A DNA stretch of 64,000 nucleotides from contig JANNBA010000038.1 of NCBI GenBank assembly GCA_031384845.1, positions 1,376 to 65,375 on the forward strand, given 5' to 3'. Shown here piece after piece: positions 30,403 through 40,661 of this stretch. Below the pieces are notes generated by a model. That model did no database searches. It worked only from the letters and a program-made list of their open reading frames with translations, and was not told the DNA's origin. Both the position numbers and the translations under genes were made by a program. Positions within the stretch are counted from its first letter, which is position 1; each line of letters begins with the position of its first letter. The stretch is from Bacteroidota bacterium. Its GTDB lineage: Bacteria > Bacteroidota > Bacteroidia > Flavobacteriales > Flavobacteriaceae.

Positions 30403-31398
30403 ATGACCAATCAACCAAAATTTGCCGTAATTGGTGGTGGTAGCTGGGCCACAGCAATTGCCAAAATGCTTTGCGTAAATCTTCCAGAAATTGCATGGTA
30501 TATGCGCAATCAGGATGCCATAGACCATTTGAAAACCCACCATCATAACCCTAATTATCTGAGCTCTGTTGAGTTTGATATTCAAAAATTGCGTCTTACC
30601 AATAATATTGATGAGGCAATTGCTTATGCAGATTATATCGTTTTTGCAATTCCATCTGCTTTTTTGAATGATGAGATGAAAAAAATGACTGTGGATATCA
30701 AAAACAAGGTAATTTTTTCTGCCATCAAAGGAATTGTGCCTGAGACGAGTTTGATTGTTGGCGAACATTTTAACAAAATATACGAAATTCCATTCGAGAA
30801 TATTGGCGTAATCACTGGCCCTTGTCATGCCGAAGAAGTTGCTTTAGAAAGGCTTTCTTATCTTACTATTGCGTGTGGCGATGCCGAAAAGGCCAAAATT
30901 GTGGCCGATTGTTTGTCTGGAAATTATATCAAAGCCAAAATATCAGATGATATTATAGGTACAGAATATGCCGCAATGCTTAAAAATATTTATGCGATAG
31001 CTGCCGGAATGGCACACGGATTGGGTTATGGCGATAATTTTCAATCTGTTTTGATGAGTAATGGTATTCGAGAAATGAAAAAATTTATCAAAAAAGTGCA
31101 CAAAATGAAACGAAATATCAATAATTCGGCCTACTTGGGTGATTTGTTAGTAACGGGTTATTCTGTGTTTTCTCGCAATAGAATGTTTGGCAATATGATA
31201 GGGAAAGGCTATACTGTAAAGAGTGCTATGATGGAGATGAGTATGGTTGCAGAGGGTTATTATGCCACCAAAAGCGCTTTTGAACTCAACCGAAATTATG
31301 GTGCCAAAACGCCTATCATCGATGCGGTTTATAGTATTTTGTATGACGGAAAGGAAGCCAAAAAAGTATTTAAAAAATTGACTGATAAGTTGGATTAA
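30403..31398 (+). CDS. gpsA: NAD(P)H-dependent glycerol-3-phosphate dehydrogenase
   Basis: Contains FAVIGGGSWATAIAKML and the GpsA C-terminal domain. Confidence 0.9.
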   Translation: MTNQPKFAVIGGGSWATAIAKMLCVNLPEIAWYMRNQDAIDHLKTHHHNPNYLSSVEFDIQKLRLTNNIDEAIAYADYIVFAIPSAFLNDEMKKMTVDIKNKVIFSAIKGIVPETSLIVGEHFNKIYEIPFENIGVITGPCHAEEVALERLSYLTIACGDAEKAKIVADCLSGNYIKAKISDDIIGTEYAAMLKNIYAIAAGMAHGLGYGDNFQSVLMSNGIREMKKFIKKVHKMKRNINNSAYLGDLLVTGYSVFSRNRMFGNMIGKGYTVKSAMMEMSMVAEGYYATKSAFELNRNYGAKTPIIDAVYSILYDGKEAKKVFKKLTDKLD

Positions 31399-31433
31399 AG
31401 TCTTGTTTTTTTTTGATTGTAGGTTGGCAAAGT

Positions 31434-31516
31434 CGTCTTGCGTGAGGGCTTGAACGGAGCTCTCCCGATTTTTTTCGGGAAGCGGGAGTGGAAGCCCGAC
31501 CTGAAAGGGCACGCCC
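31434..31516 (-). repeat. Family-2 GC-rich intergenic repeat (inverted orientation)
   Basis: The reverse complement reads gggcgtgccctttcaggtcgggcttccactcccgct-[hairpin tcccgaaaaaaatcggga]-gagctccgttcaagccctcacgcaagacg. The flanks match the copy at 58801. Confidence 0.85.
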
Positions 31517-31547
31517 AAAAAAAAAGATGTAATTTATAGAAATTTGT

Positions 31548-32255
31548 ATGTTTCGGTTCAAGAAATTTGAGGTAGAGGATGGCAATTGTGCAATGAAAGT
31601 TGGTACAGATGGCGTTTTGTTGGGGGCACTTGCTGATATAAGCCGTTTTCCAAATACGATTTTAGATATTGGTACAGGCTGTGGTATTGTGGCTTTGATG
31701 CTAGCACAAAGAACTGATTCACAACAAATTGATGGTGTCGAAATTGATGAATTGGCCTTTGAACAAGCGGTTTCAAATTTTGAAAATTCGCCTTGGAGCG
31801 ATAGGTTATTTTGTTATCACGCAGGTTTTAGCGAGTTGGTTGCAGATCCAGATGTAGCGTATGATTTGATTGTTTGTAATCCCCCTTTTTTTAGCGAAAA
31901 TTATTTTTCGGATGATGAGCGTCGCAATTTGGCACGTTTTTCTGAGGCTTTGCCTTTGTCTGAATTGGTGAATGGAGCAGCAGTTTTGATGTCTCAAGAG
32001 GGTATTTTTGTGGTGATTATTCCGTTTTTGGAGGAGGCTGTTTTGATAGATTTGGCAGCTCGAGAGCAGCTTTTTCCGTATAAAATTTGTAGGATTAAGG
32101 GCAACGAGCAAGTGGCAATTAAAAGGTCTGTTTTGCATTTTTGCCGCAATTTTGAAGGTCAAATCGAATATGATGCGCTTGTGATCGAAATTTCTCGGCA
32201 TCATTATACTTCAAAATATGTAGATTTGACAAAGGATTTTTATGTAAATATGTAA
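31548..32255 (+). CDS. trmN6: tRNA1(Val) (adenine37-N6)-methyltransferase
   Basis: Contains FKQFxV-type start, DIGTGCGIVALMLAQR and the CNPPFF catalytic motif. Confidence 0.8.
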   Translation: MFRFKKFEVEDGNCAMKVGTDGVLLGALADISRFPNTILDIGTGCGIVALMLAQRTDSQQIDGVEIDELAFEQAVSNFENSPWSDRLFCYHAGFSELVADPDVAYDLIVCNPPFFSENYFSDDERRNLARFSEALPLSELVNGAAVLMSQEGIFVVIIPFLEEAVLIDLAAREQLFPYKICRIKGNEQVAIKRSVLHFCRNFEGQIEYDALVIEISRHHYTSKYVDLTKDFYVNM

Positions 32256-32306
32256 TACATTTTAAAATAAACGTCAATTCACTTGACAAAGCCCTTGTTT
32301 GAATCG

Positions 32307-32314
32307 TATATTTG
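32307..32314 (+). promoter_or_regulatory. Candidate -7 box (TATATTTG) for queA
   Basis: TAnnTTTG lies 61 nt upstream of the ATG at 32375. Confidence 0.4.
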
Positions 32315-32374
32315 CGACAAAATTGTGGGTTATGAAATAACATTACACAATTGTCACCCAAAAAATAGTATTCA

Positions 32375-33424
32375 ATGAAATTATCTCATTTTCAATTCAA
32401 TTTGCCAAAAGAACTTCTTGCAGAATATCCCGCCGAAAATCGAGATGAATCTCGCTTGATGGTTATTAATCGTAAAAATCAAACAATCGAGCACAAAATG
32501 TTTAAAGACATTATAGATTATTTTGACGAAGGCGATGTTTTGATTTTAAACAATACCAAGGTTTTTCCGGCAAGGTTGTATGGCAATAAAGAAAAAACGG
32601 GTGCTAGAATTGAAGTTTTTTTGTTGAGAGAACTCAATGCCGAGCAGCGATTGTGGGATGTTTTGGTAGATCCTGCACGGAAAATAAGAATTGGAAACAA
32701 ACTTTATTTTGGCGATGATGATTCATTGGTTGCCGAAGTAATAGACAATACCACTTCTCGTGGGCGAACCCTTCGGTTTTTGTATGATGGTTCTTATGAG
32801 GAGTTTCGTAGAAAATTAACCGAGCTTGGCGAAACCCCAATCCCAAAGTATATCAATCGCGAGGTTACGCCTGAAGATGCAGACCGTTATCAAACGATAT
32901 ATGCCAAAGAAGAAGGTGCTGTTGCTGCACCAACTGCGGGCCTACATTTTTCAAAACATTTGCTAAAGCGATTTGAAATAAAAGGGATTGAACTTGCAGA
33001 AGTAACGCTTCACGTGGGTCTAGGTACTTTTAATCCAGTAGAGGTAGAAGATTTGTCTAAACACAAAATGGATTCAGAAGAACTGATTATCAATCAATTA
33101 GCCTGCGATGTTGTGAATAATGCTATCCAAAAAAAGAAACGAATTTGTGCAGTTGGTACAACCTCGATGCGGGCTATAGAAAGTGCCGTTTCGTCTTCTC
33201 GAAAATTAAATACGTATAATGGGTGGACCAACAAATTTATTTTTCCGCCGCACGATTTTAGTATTGCCAATTGTATGATTACAAACTTTCACACCCCAAA
33301 ATCTACTTTATTGATGATGATTTCTGCTTTTTGTGGGCACGATTTGATGAAGGTTGCCTATGAAGAGGCTATAAAAGAGGGGTACAAATTTTATTCTTAT
33401 GGTGATGCCATGTTTATTATATAA
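32375..33424 (+). CDS. queA: S-adenosylmethionine:tRNA ribosyltransferase-isomerase
   Basis: N-terminus [30 protein letters not shown], and AAPTAGLHF. Confidence 0.9.
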   Translation: MKLSHFQFNLPKELLAEYPAENRDESRLMVINRKNQTIEHKMFKDIIDYFDEGDVLILNNTKVFPARLYGNKEKTGARIEVFLLRELNAEQRLWDVLVDPARKIRIGNKLYFGDDDSLVAEVIDNTTSRGRTLRFLYDGSYEEFRRKLTELGETPIPKYINREVTPEDADRYQTIYAKEEGAVAAPTAGLHFSKHLLKRFEIKGIELAEVTLHVGLGTFNPVEVEDLSKHKMDSEELIINQLACDVVNNAIQKKKRICAVGTTSMRAIESAVSSSRKLNTYNGWTNKFIFPPHDFSIANCMITNFHTPKSTLLMMISAFCGHDLMKVAYEEAIKEGYKFYSYGDAMFII

Positions 33425-33451
33425 TTTGTTTCTTACAAAATATTTTAAAAT

Positions 33452-33481
33452 AAAAAACCAGTCTTAACGGCTGGTTTTTTT
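33452..33481. terminator. Bidirectional rho-independent terminator between queA and the LD-carboxypeptidase gene
   Basis: A6-ccagtc-ttaac-ggctgg-T7. Confidence 0.7.
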
Positions 33482-33498
33482 GTTTACGATAATTTTTT

Positions 33499-34413
33499 TT
33501 AAAAATTAAGTTCTGATTGAGATTTTGTAACGATCAGGGTAGCTGTTTTTTGAAAAATCAAACTTCTATTGTCGTCTATGTGTCCTGCGGGAAAATCAAA
33601 TAATATTGGAAAATCAAAATCTTGACAATGGCTTGCAATGATTTGATTAGCAGTTTGTCCCCAAGGGATGGCGTTGTCGTGCATACTGGTAAAGTGACCA
33701 ACAATTAGCCCCTTTAGATGTTGCAGCATGCCACTTCGTTTTAGTGCTATTATCATACGGTCTATATGATAAAGTTGTTCATCCAAATCCTCGAGAAAGA
33801 GAATTTTGTTTCTGGTTTTGAGTTGTGTTTTTGAGCCAAGTTGGCTACAAATTACAGAGAGGTTACCCCCTACAATTTTGGCTTTGGTAGCCCCTATTTT
33901 GTTATCGGAATTTGACAAAATGTGATAAGAAATTGGTTTTCCAAAAAGTGCTTTTTGAAGGCTTTGCGTGGCTAGGAGTGATGTGCTTTGGGTATTTATA
34001 GGCATAAAGCTGTGCAAACTGGCAATGCCCAAATTGTTAATTTTGGAGTGCAATATGCTCACGTCACTGAAGCCAATAATCCATTTTGGTTTTTTTTTAA
34101 AGTTCGAAAAATCGATCAAATCGATGATTCTTACTGTGCCATATCCGCCACGAACAATCCAAATTGCATGAACATTGGGGTTGTCAAGCTGCTTTTGTAG
34201 ATCTGCTGCTCGCTGTTGGTCTGTTCCTGCAAGTTGGTGATGGTCTAATCCGATGGTGGTTCCGAGGAGGATTTTTAGCCCCCACATTTCTAATAATTGA
34301 ATGGTTGGTTGCAGGTTGTCTTGTATGTTTTTGCGGGCTGTGGCAATGATGGCGAGGGTGTCTCCGGGTTGAAGTGCGGGCGGTATCAACATAGTTTTGA
34401 ATTTGAGATACAA
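33499..34413 (-). CDS. LD-carboxypeptidase (S66 peptidase)
   Basis: Ser nucleophile context IIGFSDVSILH and a C-terminal FPAGHI. The start could be the Met at 34395. Confidence 0.75.
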   Translation of the reverse strand: MYLKFKTMLIPPALQPGDTLAIIATARKNIQDNLQPTIQLLEMWGLKILLGTTIGLDHHQLAGTDQQRAADLQKQLDNPNVHAIWIVRGGYGTVRIIDLIDFSNFKKKPKWIIGFSDVSILHSKINNLGIASLHSFMPINTQSTSLLATQSLQKALFGKPISYHILSNSDNKIGATKAKIVGGNLSVICSQLGSKTQLKTRNKILFLEDLDEQLYHIDRMIIALKRSGMLQHLKGLIVGHFTSMHDNAIPWGQTANQIIASHCQDFDFPILFDFPAGHIDDNRSLIFQKTATLIVTKSQSELNF

Positions 34414-34463
34414 AACTACACTATTTTTGGTTTTATTTCAAAAACGTTTTAAAAAGTTTGGAC

Positions 34464-34578
34464 GTCTATAATAGCCCCGATTGAGGCGGCATCTTTTTTG
34501 GATTTTCTTTTTCAGAAAATCCAAAAAGATATAGCCGGAAGCGGGACAAGTGGTGTTGAGTAACGAATGGTGTGCTCC
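34464..34578 (-). repeat. Family-1 palindromic intergenic repeat, copy C (inverted orientation)
   Basis: Reads gtctataatagccccgattgaggcggcatc-[hairpin]-gatatagccggaagcgggacaagtggtgttgagtaacgaatggtgtgctcc. Confidence 0.9.
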
Positions 34579-34621
34579 TAAAAAAAAGAAAAAAAATGTG
34601 GTAAATCGGTAATTTTTAGGC

Positions 34622-34629
34622 TATTTTTG
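34622..34629 (+). promoter_or_regulatory. Candidate -7 box (TATTTTTG) for hisS
   Basis: TAnnTTTG lies 26 nt upstream of the ATG at 34655. Confidence 0.35.
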
Positions 34630-34654
34630 TGGTGTTAATTTTTTTTTTGAAATT

Positions 34655-36040
34655 ATGGCTCAAAAACCAAGCATACCAAAGGGAACAAGAGATTTTTCTG
34701 CTGTTGAGGTCGCAAAGCGGCAATATATTATGGGCATAATCAAACATCATTTTGAGTGTTTTGGCTATTTGCCTATCGAAACGCCCTCGTTTGAAAATAG
34801 TGAAACCCTAATGGGAAAATATGGCGAAGAGGGCGATAGATTGATTTTTAAAATCTTAAATTCAGGTGATTATTTGAGCAAAGTTTCGCCCGAAATTTTG
34901 GCGCAAAACAACAGCCAAAAACTCACACCGCTAGTGTCTGAAAAGGCGCTGCGCTATGATCTGACAGTGCCCTTTGCGCGGTATGTGGTGCAGCATCAAA
35001 ACGATATTGTGTTTCCGTTCAAGCGGTTTCAAATGCAACCTGTGTGGCGAGCGGATCGTCCTCAAAAAGGTCGTTTTAGAGAATTTTATCAATGTGATGC
35101 CGATGTTGTTGGGTCTGATTCGCTCTGGCAAGAGGTTGAACTGATAAAGCTTTATGACGCAGTTTTTTGCGATTTAGGACTAGAAGGTGTCGTGATTAAA
35201 ATAAACAACCGCAAAATTTTGGCCGGAATTGCAGAAGTGATTGGTGCAGCCGATAAATTGATAGATTTTACGGTGGCACTAGACAAATTAGACAAAATTG
35301 GGGCTGAAGGTGTTCGGCAAGAGATGCTCGACAAAGGTATTTTGGACGAATCTATCCAAAAAGCGCAAGTTTTGTTTGAACTCAAAGGTAGTATTTTTGA
35401 AAAAATCGAACTTTTGAGCCGCCTACTCGCCCACTCTAAAGAAGGATTAAAAGGGATCGAAGAATTACAATTTATTTGCAATAATATTTCAAAATTAGGA
35501 CTGAAAAATGCCGTTTTGGATTTGGATGTTACCCTAGCACGCGGATTAAATTATTATACAGGAGCCATTTTTGAGGTATCATCACCACCAAGTGTGGCGA
35601 TGGGGTCGATCGGCGGCGGCGGTAGATATGACGATTTGACTGGGATTTTTGGACTAAAAAATATGAGCGGTGTTGGAATTTCTTTTGGATTAGATCGCAT
35701 CTATTTGGTGTTAGAAGCCCTAGATTTGTTTTCAAAAACGGTATTGCCCACCACCGAATTGTTGTTTTTGAATCAGGGCAAAGATCACGAATTTGCCTCG
35801 ATGATGGCGGTATCAAAACTGCGAGATGCAGGCCTAAAAGTAGAATTTTATCCAGACGACACCAAAATCGGCAAGCAATATTTGTATGCCGAAAAGAGGC
35901 AAATTGCTTATGTAGCCACTATAAATACGCTACAAAATGAACCACAAACTTATACCTTAAAACGATTAGAAACAGGCGAATCACAACAGCTTACGCTTGA
36001 AAAATTGAAAGAAGAAATGGGGTTTTTGGATAAAATATAA
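34655..36040 (+). CDS. hisS: Histidine--tRNA ligase
   Basis: Class II aaRS motifs: LRYDLTVPFARY, FKRFQMQPVWRADRPQKGRFREFYQCD and GGGGRYD. Confidence 0.92.
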   Translation: MAQKPSIPKGTRDFSAVEVAKRQYIMGIIKHHFECFGYLPIETPSFENSETLMGKYGEEGDRLIFKILNSGDYLSKVSPEILAQNNSQKLTPLVSEKALRYDLTVPFARYVVQHQNDIVFPFKRFQMQPVWRADRPQKGRFREFYQCDADVVGSDSLWQEVELIKLYDAVFCDLGLEGVVIKINNRKILAGIAEVIGAADKLIDFTVALDKLDKIGAEGVRQEMLDKGILDESIQKAQVLFELKGSIFEKIELLSRLLAHSKEGLKGIEELQFICNNISKLGLKNAVLDLDVTLARGLNYYTGAIFEVSSPPSVAMGSIGGGGRYDDLTGIFGLKNMSGVGISFGLDRIYLVLEALDLFSKTVLPTTELLFLNQGKDHEFASMMAVSKLRDAGLKVEFYPDDTKIGKQYLYAEKRQIAYVATINTLQNEPQTYTLKRLETGESQQLTLEKLKEEMGFLDKI

Positions 36041-36097
36041 AATTAAATTCGATTTTTTGTTACAAAATTATAGTAATTAATTACATTTGATTAAAAA

Positions 36098-36568
36098 ATG
36101 AAAATCAATGCTATCCACGTCGAAATAGACGGTATCGACAAAGAGATTTTGCGGGAGCTTATGGCAGACGCAAGAAAACCCGTACTTCAAATAGCCAGCA
36201 AAATTGGCATATCAGGGGCGGCGATACATCAAAGATTGCGCAAATTAGAGCATTCCGAAGTGATTTCGGGCTCAAAATTCACGGTCAATCACAAGGTTTT
36301 GGGCTACAGCACAATGGCATTTGTTGGGGTTTATCTCGACAAAGCCGCTCGTAATCCAGAAGCTGTAAAGGAGCTCAAAAAAATTCCAGAAGTATTAGAA
36401 TGTCACTATACCACGGGCAATTGGTCGATATTGATCAAAATAATTTGTCGCGACAACCAGCACTTGATGCAGCTTCTAAACACCAAAATCCAAGCCATAG
36501 AAGGCGTCTCTCGAACAGAAACTTTCATCTCGCTCGACCAACAAATAGACCGACAAATACAACTTTGA
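36098..36568 (+). CDS. Lrp/AsnC family transcriptional regulator
   Basis: 156 aa with an HTH (DKEILRELMADARKPVLQIASKIGISGAAIHQRLRKL) plus a RAM domain. Confidence 0.85.
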   Translation: MKINAIHVEIDGIDKEILRELMADARKPVLQIASKIGISGAAIHQRLRKLEHSEVISGSKFTVNHKVLGYSTMAFVGVYLDKAARNPEAVKELKKIPEVLECHYTTGNWSILIKIICRDNQHLMQLLNTKIQAIEGVSRTETFISLDQQIDRQIQL

Positions 36569-36578
36569 TGTTTTTTTT

Positions 36579-36694
36579 GGCGCACAACCACCCGTCCCGC
36601 ACACCTCCTGTCCCGCCGCACGCTTTATCTTTTTGGATTTTTCTGAAAAAGAAAAATCCAAAAAGGATGCCGCTACGTCGGGGCGATTTTTGAC
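36579..36694 (+). repeat. Family-1 palindromic intergenic repeat, copy D
   Basis: Reads ggcgcacaaccacccgtcccgcacacctcctgtcccgccgcacgctttatc-[hairpin]-gatgccgctacgtcggggcgatttttgac. It begins 10 nt after the lrp stop. Confidence 0.9.
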
Positions 36695-36769
36695 TATAAA
36701 GCATTTCAAAACCCAACAGAAAAAACTTGACTTCATAACACCTTTTGAATTATCAAATAAAAACCAAAA

Positions 36770-37675
36770 ATGCAGCCTCCAAATCAACTCTTTTATCACG
36801 ACAAAAACCAAAACATAAGCGTCTTTATAAAAAGAGAAGATTTGATACACCCATTTGTATCGGGCAACAAATACCGAAAATTAAAATACAACCTCATAGC
36901 CGCCAAAAATCAAAACCACAAACAAATACTCACCTTTGGCGGCGCATACTCCAACCATATTGCAGCCGTAGCCTTTGCCGCACAAACAAACGGTTTTCAG
37001 TCCATTGGCGTGATTCGAGGCGAAGAATTAGCAAACAATGCCACACAAAATCCAACCCTCACATTTGCCCAAAACTGCGGAATGAAACTACACTTTGTAA
37101 CCAGAAATGAATACAATCAAAAAACAACAACCCCATTTTTAGAACAATTAAAACAACAATTTGGTCCCTTTTATCACCTTCCCGAAGGCGGAAGCAATCC
37201 ATTGGCCGTCAAGGGTTGTCAAGAAATATTGACCACAACCGATACCGATTTTGAATATATTTGTTGCGCCGTAGGCACAGGCACAACCCTTGCCGGAATA
37301 TGCAACAGCAGCCTGCCACACCAAAAAATTTTAGGATTTACAGCCCTAAAAAGTGAGGATTTAACAACAGAAATAACTAAATTTGCCACAAAAACAAATT
37401 GGCAATTGCTCCAAAACTACCATTTTGGAGGATATGCCAAAGTAACCCCAACATTAATAGCATTTATGAACCAGCTTTTTGATCAAAACCAAATCCTTTT
37501 AGACCCCATTTATACCGCAAAAATGGCTTTTGGCGTTTTGGATATGATTGAAAAAAAATACTTTCAAAAAAACACCAAAATACTCATGATACACACCGGC
37601 GGCTTGCAAGGAATTGCCGGTATAAACCAACAATTAGAACAAAAAAATCAAACTTTAATTCAAACGTATGCTTAA
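36770..37675 (+). CDS. ACC deaminase / D-cysteine desulfhydrase family PLP enzyme
   Basis: Contains the GNKYRKLKYNL (PLP-Lys) motif and a GG..SNH segment. Confidence 0.75.
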   Translation: MQPPNQLFYHDKNQNISVFIKREDLIHPFVSGNKYRKLKYNLIAAKNQNHKQILTFGGAYSNHIAAVAFAAQTNGFQSIGVIRGEELANNATQNPTLTFAQNCGMKLHFVTRNEYNQKTTTPFLEQLKQQFGPFYHLPEGGSNPLAVKGCQEILTTTDTDFEYICCAVGTGTTLAGICNSSLPHQKILGFTALKSEDLTTEITKFATKTNWQLLQNYHFGGYAKVTPTLIAFMNQLFDQNQILLDPIYTAKMAFGVLDMIEKKYFQKNTKILMIHTGGLQGIAGINQQLEQKNQTLIQTYA

Positions 37676-38513
37676 AAAATTGTCGCTTCTACTCGTTATC
37701 TGCCAGCTAATTGCCTGCAATTCTGCACAATCTGTAATAAGAACCACCAAATCTGCAGCCGAAAAAAACAAAACTATCACCCAAACCAAAAAACCAAACC
37801 AAAAAACCATACCTGCCAAAAACCAATCTACAGAAACCATCGAATCTACCTCAAAAACAACAGTAGCAAACGAAGTAGTATCTGGATATGTGCTACAATA
37901 CAAAGATGTAGCCATGCAAAATATGACACAATTTGGAATTCCGGCAAGTATCATTTTGGCACAAGCCATATTAGAATCTGGAGCCGGCAGAGGCGATTTG
38001 GCACAAACAGCCAACAACCATTTTGGCATCAAATGCCACAAAGATTGGACAGGAGAAACCGTCAATCACAACGACGATTCGCCAGATGAATGTTTTAGAA
38101 AATACCAAAACCCAGCAGAATCTTTCAAGGATCATGCCGCTTTTTTGACCAATAGAAGCCGCTATTCCGAGCTTTTTTTGCTTCCAAAAGGAGACTATCA
38201 ATCCTGGGCAACCGGACTAAAAACCGCCGGATATGCCACAGATCCAAAATATCCCGAAAAATTAATTTCTTATATCGAACGCTATAACCTGCATCAGTAT
38301 GATTGTCAAGTATTAGGCACCAACTTTGAACCTATAAAAACCAACGACAAACCCGCAGTACAAGCCATCGACGACACTCAATATGAAGTTCAAAAAGGAG
38401 ATACTTTTTATTCGATTTCAAAAAAATTCAACCTTACAATCGAAACACTAAAATCTTTAAATAACCTTCAAGACGATACCCTTTCGATTGGTCAAATTAT
38501 CAAAATAAAATAA
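37668..38513 (+). CDS. Glucosaminidase (mannosyl-glycoprotein endo-beta-N-acetylglucosaminidase) with a C-terminal LysM domain
   Basis: Lipoprotein signal (LIAC), ILAQAILESGAGRG...NNHFGIKC, and LysM YEVQKGDTFYSISKKFNLTIETLKSLN. Confidence 0.8.
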   Translation: MLKKLSLLLVICQLIACNSAQSVIRTTKSAAEKNKTITQTKKPNQKTIPAKNQSTETIESTSKTTVANEVVSGYVLQYKDVAMQNMTQFGIPASIILAQAILESGAGRGDLAQTANNHFGIKCHKDWTGETVNHNDDSPDECFRKYQNPAESFKDHAAFLTNRSRYSELFLLPKGDYQSWATGLKTAGYATDPKYPEKLISYIERYNLHQYDCQVLGTNFEPIKTNDKPAVQAIDDTQYEVQKGDTFYSISKKFNLTIETLKSLNNLQDDTLSIGQIIKIK

Positions 38514-38534
38514 ATCCGTTTTTAAAACAAAAAC

Positions 38535-39827
38535 ATGAAATATCAAAGAAGTAGTCAGCTTTTTGTAGCGGCACAAAACGTAATTCCAGGAGGAGTAAAC
38601 TCGCCCGTTCGAGCATTCAAATCTGTTGGTGGCACCCCCATTTTTGTAAAAAGTGCCAAAGGAGCCTACTTGATAGACGAAGATGGCAACCAACTCATAG
38701 ACTATATCAACTCATGGGGCCCCATGCTACTTGGACACGCATATCCTCCTGTTGTAGAGGCAATTACCCAAAAAGCAAAATCAGGAACATCCTTTGGAAT
38801 GCCCACCGAATTAGAAACCCAAATTGCCGAATTAGCCGTAAAAATGGTTCCTAATATAGACAAAATTAGATTTGTAAATTCGGGTACCGAAGCCTGTATG
38901 AGCGCCATAAGATTGGCTCGAGGCTATACAAAACGTGACAAAATCATCAAATTTGCCGGCTGTTATCATGGCCACTCCGACTCCTTTTTGATCCAAGCAG
39001 GCAGCGGCGCAATGACCTTTGGGGTGCCAAACAGCCCAGGCGTTACAGCAGGTACTGCCCAAGACACCCTTTTGGCCAATTATAACGATTTGGAAAGCGT
39101 AAAATTGCTTTTTGAAGCCAACAAAAATCAAATAGCAGCCTTGATTATCGAGCCAGTTGCAGGAAATATGGGTTGTGTGCTGCCACAGCAGGATTTTCTC
39201 AAAAACTTACGACAACTTTGTACCGATAACGGAACCCTTTTGATATTTGACGAAGTGATGACAGGATTTCGATTGGCAAAAGGAGGCGCACAGCAACTAT
39301 TTGATATACAGGCAGATATAGTTACATTTGGAAAAATTATTGGTGGCGGATTGCCCGTAGGTGCCTTTGCCGCACGTGCACAAATCATGGATTATTTGGC
39401 ACCAATTGGACCGGTGTATCAAGCCGGAACCCTCTCTGGAAATCCGCTCGCTATGGCAGCAGGGTTGGCTATGCTAACTGCTATTGATGCTGACGAAGAA
39501 TTGTTTGAACGATTGAATCAAAAAACAATTTACCTTGCAAACGGAATTGACAAAGTATTGAAAAACAATAATATAGATTTTACAATTAATCAAATTGGAT
39601 CAATGATTTCAGTACATTTTGACAAAAACCCAGTCATAGATTTGGCCACTGCTGCTAAAGGAGACAATATTTTGTTCAAAAAATTCTTTCACGGCTTGCT
39701 CGATTGTGGCGTCTATATAGCCCCATCAGCCTATGAAACTTGGTTTATCACAGATGCACTTAGTTTTGAAGATTTAGATTTCACAATCGATGCCGTCGAA
39801 AAAGTAGCACAACAATTGTTGCAGTAA
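38535..39827 (+). CDS. hemL: Glutamate-1-semialdehyde 2,1-aminomutase
   Basis: Contains [10 protein letters not shown], and the PLP Lys context [18 protein letters not shown]. Confidence 0.92.
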   Translation: MKYQRSSQLFVAAQNVIPGGVNSPVRAFKSVGGTPIFVKSAKGAYLIDEDGNQLIDYINSWGPMLLGHAYPPVVEAITQKAKSGTSFGMPTELETQIAELAVKMVPNIDKIRFVNSGTEACMSAIRLARGYTKRDKIIKFAGCYHGHSDSFLIQAGSGAMTFGVPNSPGVTAGTAQDTLLANYNDLESVKLLFEANKNQIAALIIEPVAGNMGCVLPQQDFLKNLRQLCTDNGTLLIFDEVMTGFRLAKGGAQQLFDIQADIVTFGKIIGGGLPVGAFAARAQIMDYLAPIGPVYQAGTLSGNPLAMAAGLAMLTAIDADEELFERLNQKTIYLANGIDKVLKNNNIDFTINQIGSMISVHFDKNPVIDLATAAKGDNILFKKFFHGLLDCGVYIAPSAYETWFITDALSFEDLDFTIDAVEKVAQQLLQ

Positions 39828-39841
39828 TATTTCTTTTAATA

Positions 39842-40558
39842 TTACAATTTCATGCGATGCAAATACATATTGATTACGTTGTCTAAGCCAAGATAAATAG
39901 CTTCTGAAATCAGTGCATGACCTATTGAAACTTCTAACAAATTAGGAATATTTTGACAAAAAAACTGAATGTTATCAAGGCTCAAATCATGCCCGGCATT
40001 GATACCAAGTTGCAGCTCATTGGCCAATACCGCACTTGCTACAAATGGATCAATGCCGCCTTTGTTGCCAGATGCAAAAGCATGGGCAAACGATTCTGTA
40101 TAAAGTTCGATACGGTCGCAACCTATCTTTTTTGCTCCTTCGATGATCTCAAAATTTGGATCAACAAAAATAGAAGTTCTAATATGGTTTCGTTTTAATT
40201 CGTCCACAATCTCCGATAGAAAAGAATGATGTTTGACCGTATTCCAGCCTGCATTTGAAGTCAAATCGCCAATAGCATCTGGCACCAAAGTAACTTGTGT
40301 GGGTTTTATTTGGAGCACCATTTCCAAAAATTTTGGCTCAGGATTGCCCTCAATATTGTATTCGGTTTGAACTATTTTTTTTAGATCAAAAGCATCTTGA
40401 TATCTAATATGTCGCTCGTCTGGACGCGGATGAATGGTGATGCCATTTGCACCAAAGCGCTCAATATCTTGGGCAACCTGCAATAGATTGGGCACATTGC
40501 CGCCACGGGCGTTTCGCAAAGTTGCTATTTTGTTGATGTTTACGCTTAATTTTGTCAT
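39842..40558 (-). CDS. pdxJ: Pyridoxine 5'-phosphate synthase
   Basis: Contains MTKLSVNINKIATLRNARGG and HPRPDERHI. The start was set at Met 26 of the 263-aa ORF by ORF-track arithmetic. Confidence 0.88.
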   Translation of the reverse strand: MTKLSVNINKIATLRNARGGNVPNLLQVAQDIERFGANGITIHPRPDERHIRYQDAFDLKKIVQTEYNIEGNPEPKFLEMVLQIKPTQVTLVPDAIGDLTSNAGWNTVKHHSFLSEIVDELKRNHIRTSIFVDPNFEIIEGAKKIGCDRIELYTESFAHAFASGNKGGIDPFVASAVLANELQLGINAGHDLSLDNIQFFCQNIPNLLEVSIGHALISEAIYLGLDNVINMYLHRMKL

Positions 40559-40661
40559 GTAGTTTTTTTTATAAAAATAAAAATTGTTCACAAAAATACA
40601 AACTAAACTATCGGTTTTATTTAAAAAAAGCATTATTTTGCATCAAAATTAATTTAGAGTT

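Noticed and set aside
32326-32377. The queA leader considered as a preQ1-I riboswitch (short stem plus A-rich tail near the start codon).
   Set aside because: The TGGGT/ACCCA stem encloses a ~25-nt loop, far longer than preQ1-I aptamers. I could not match the conserved loop nucleotides. It is kept only as a generic structured or palindromic leader.
36400-36850. A cluster of five overlapping 61-124-aa ORFs on both strands around 36.4-36.85 kb.
   Set aside because: They all traverse repeat copy D, which is GC-rich and stop-poor. The same thing happens at the other repeat copies (for example 31147-31585). They are not consistent with a gene.
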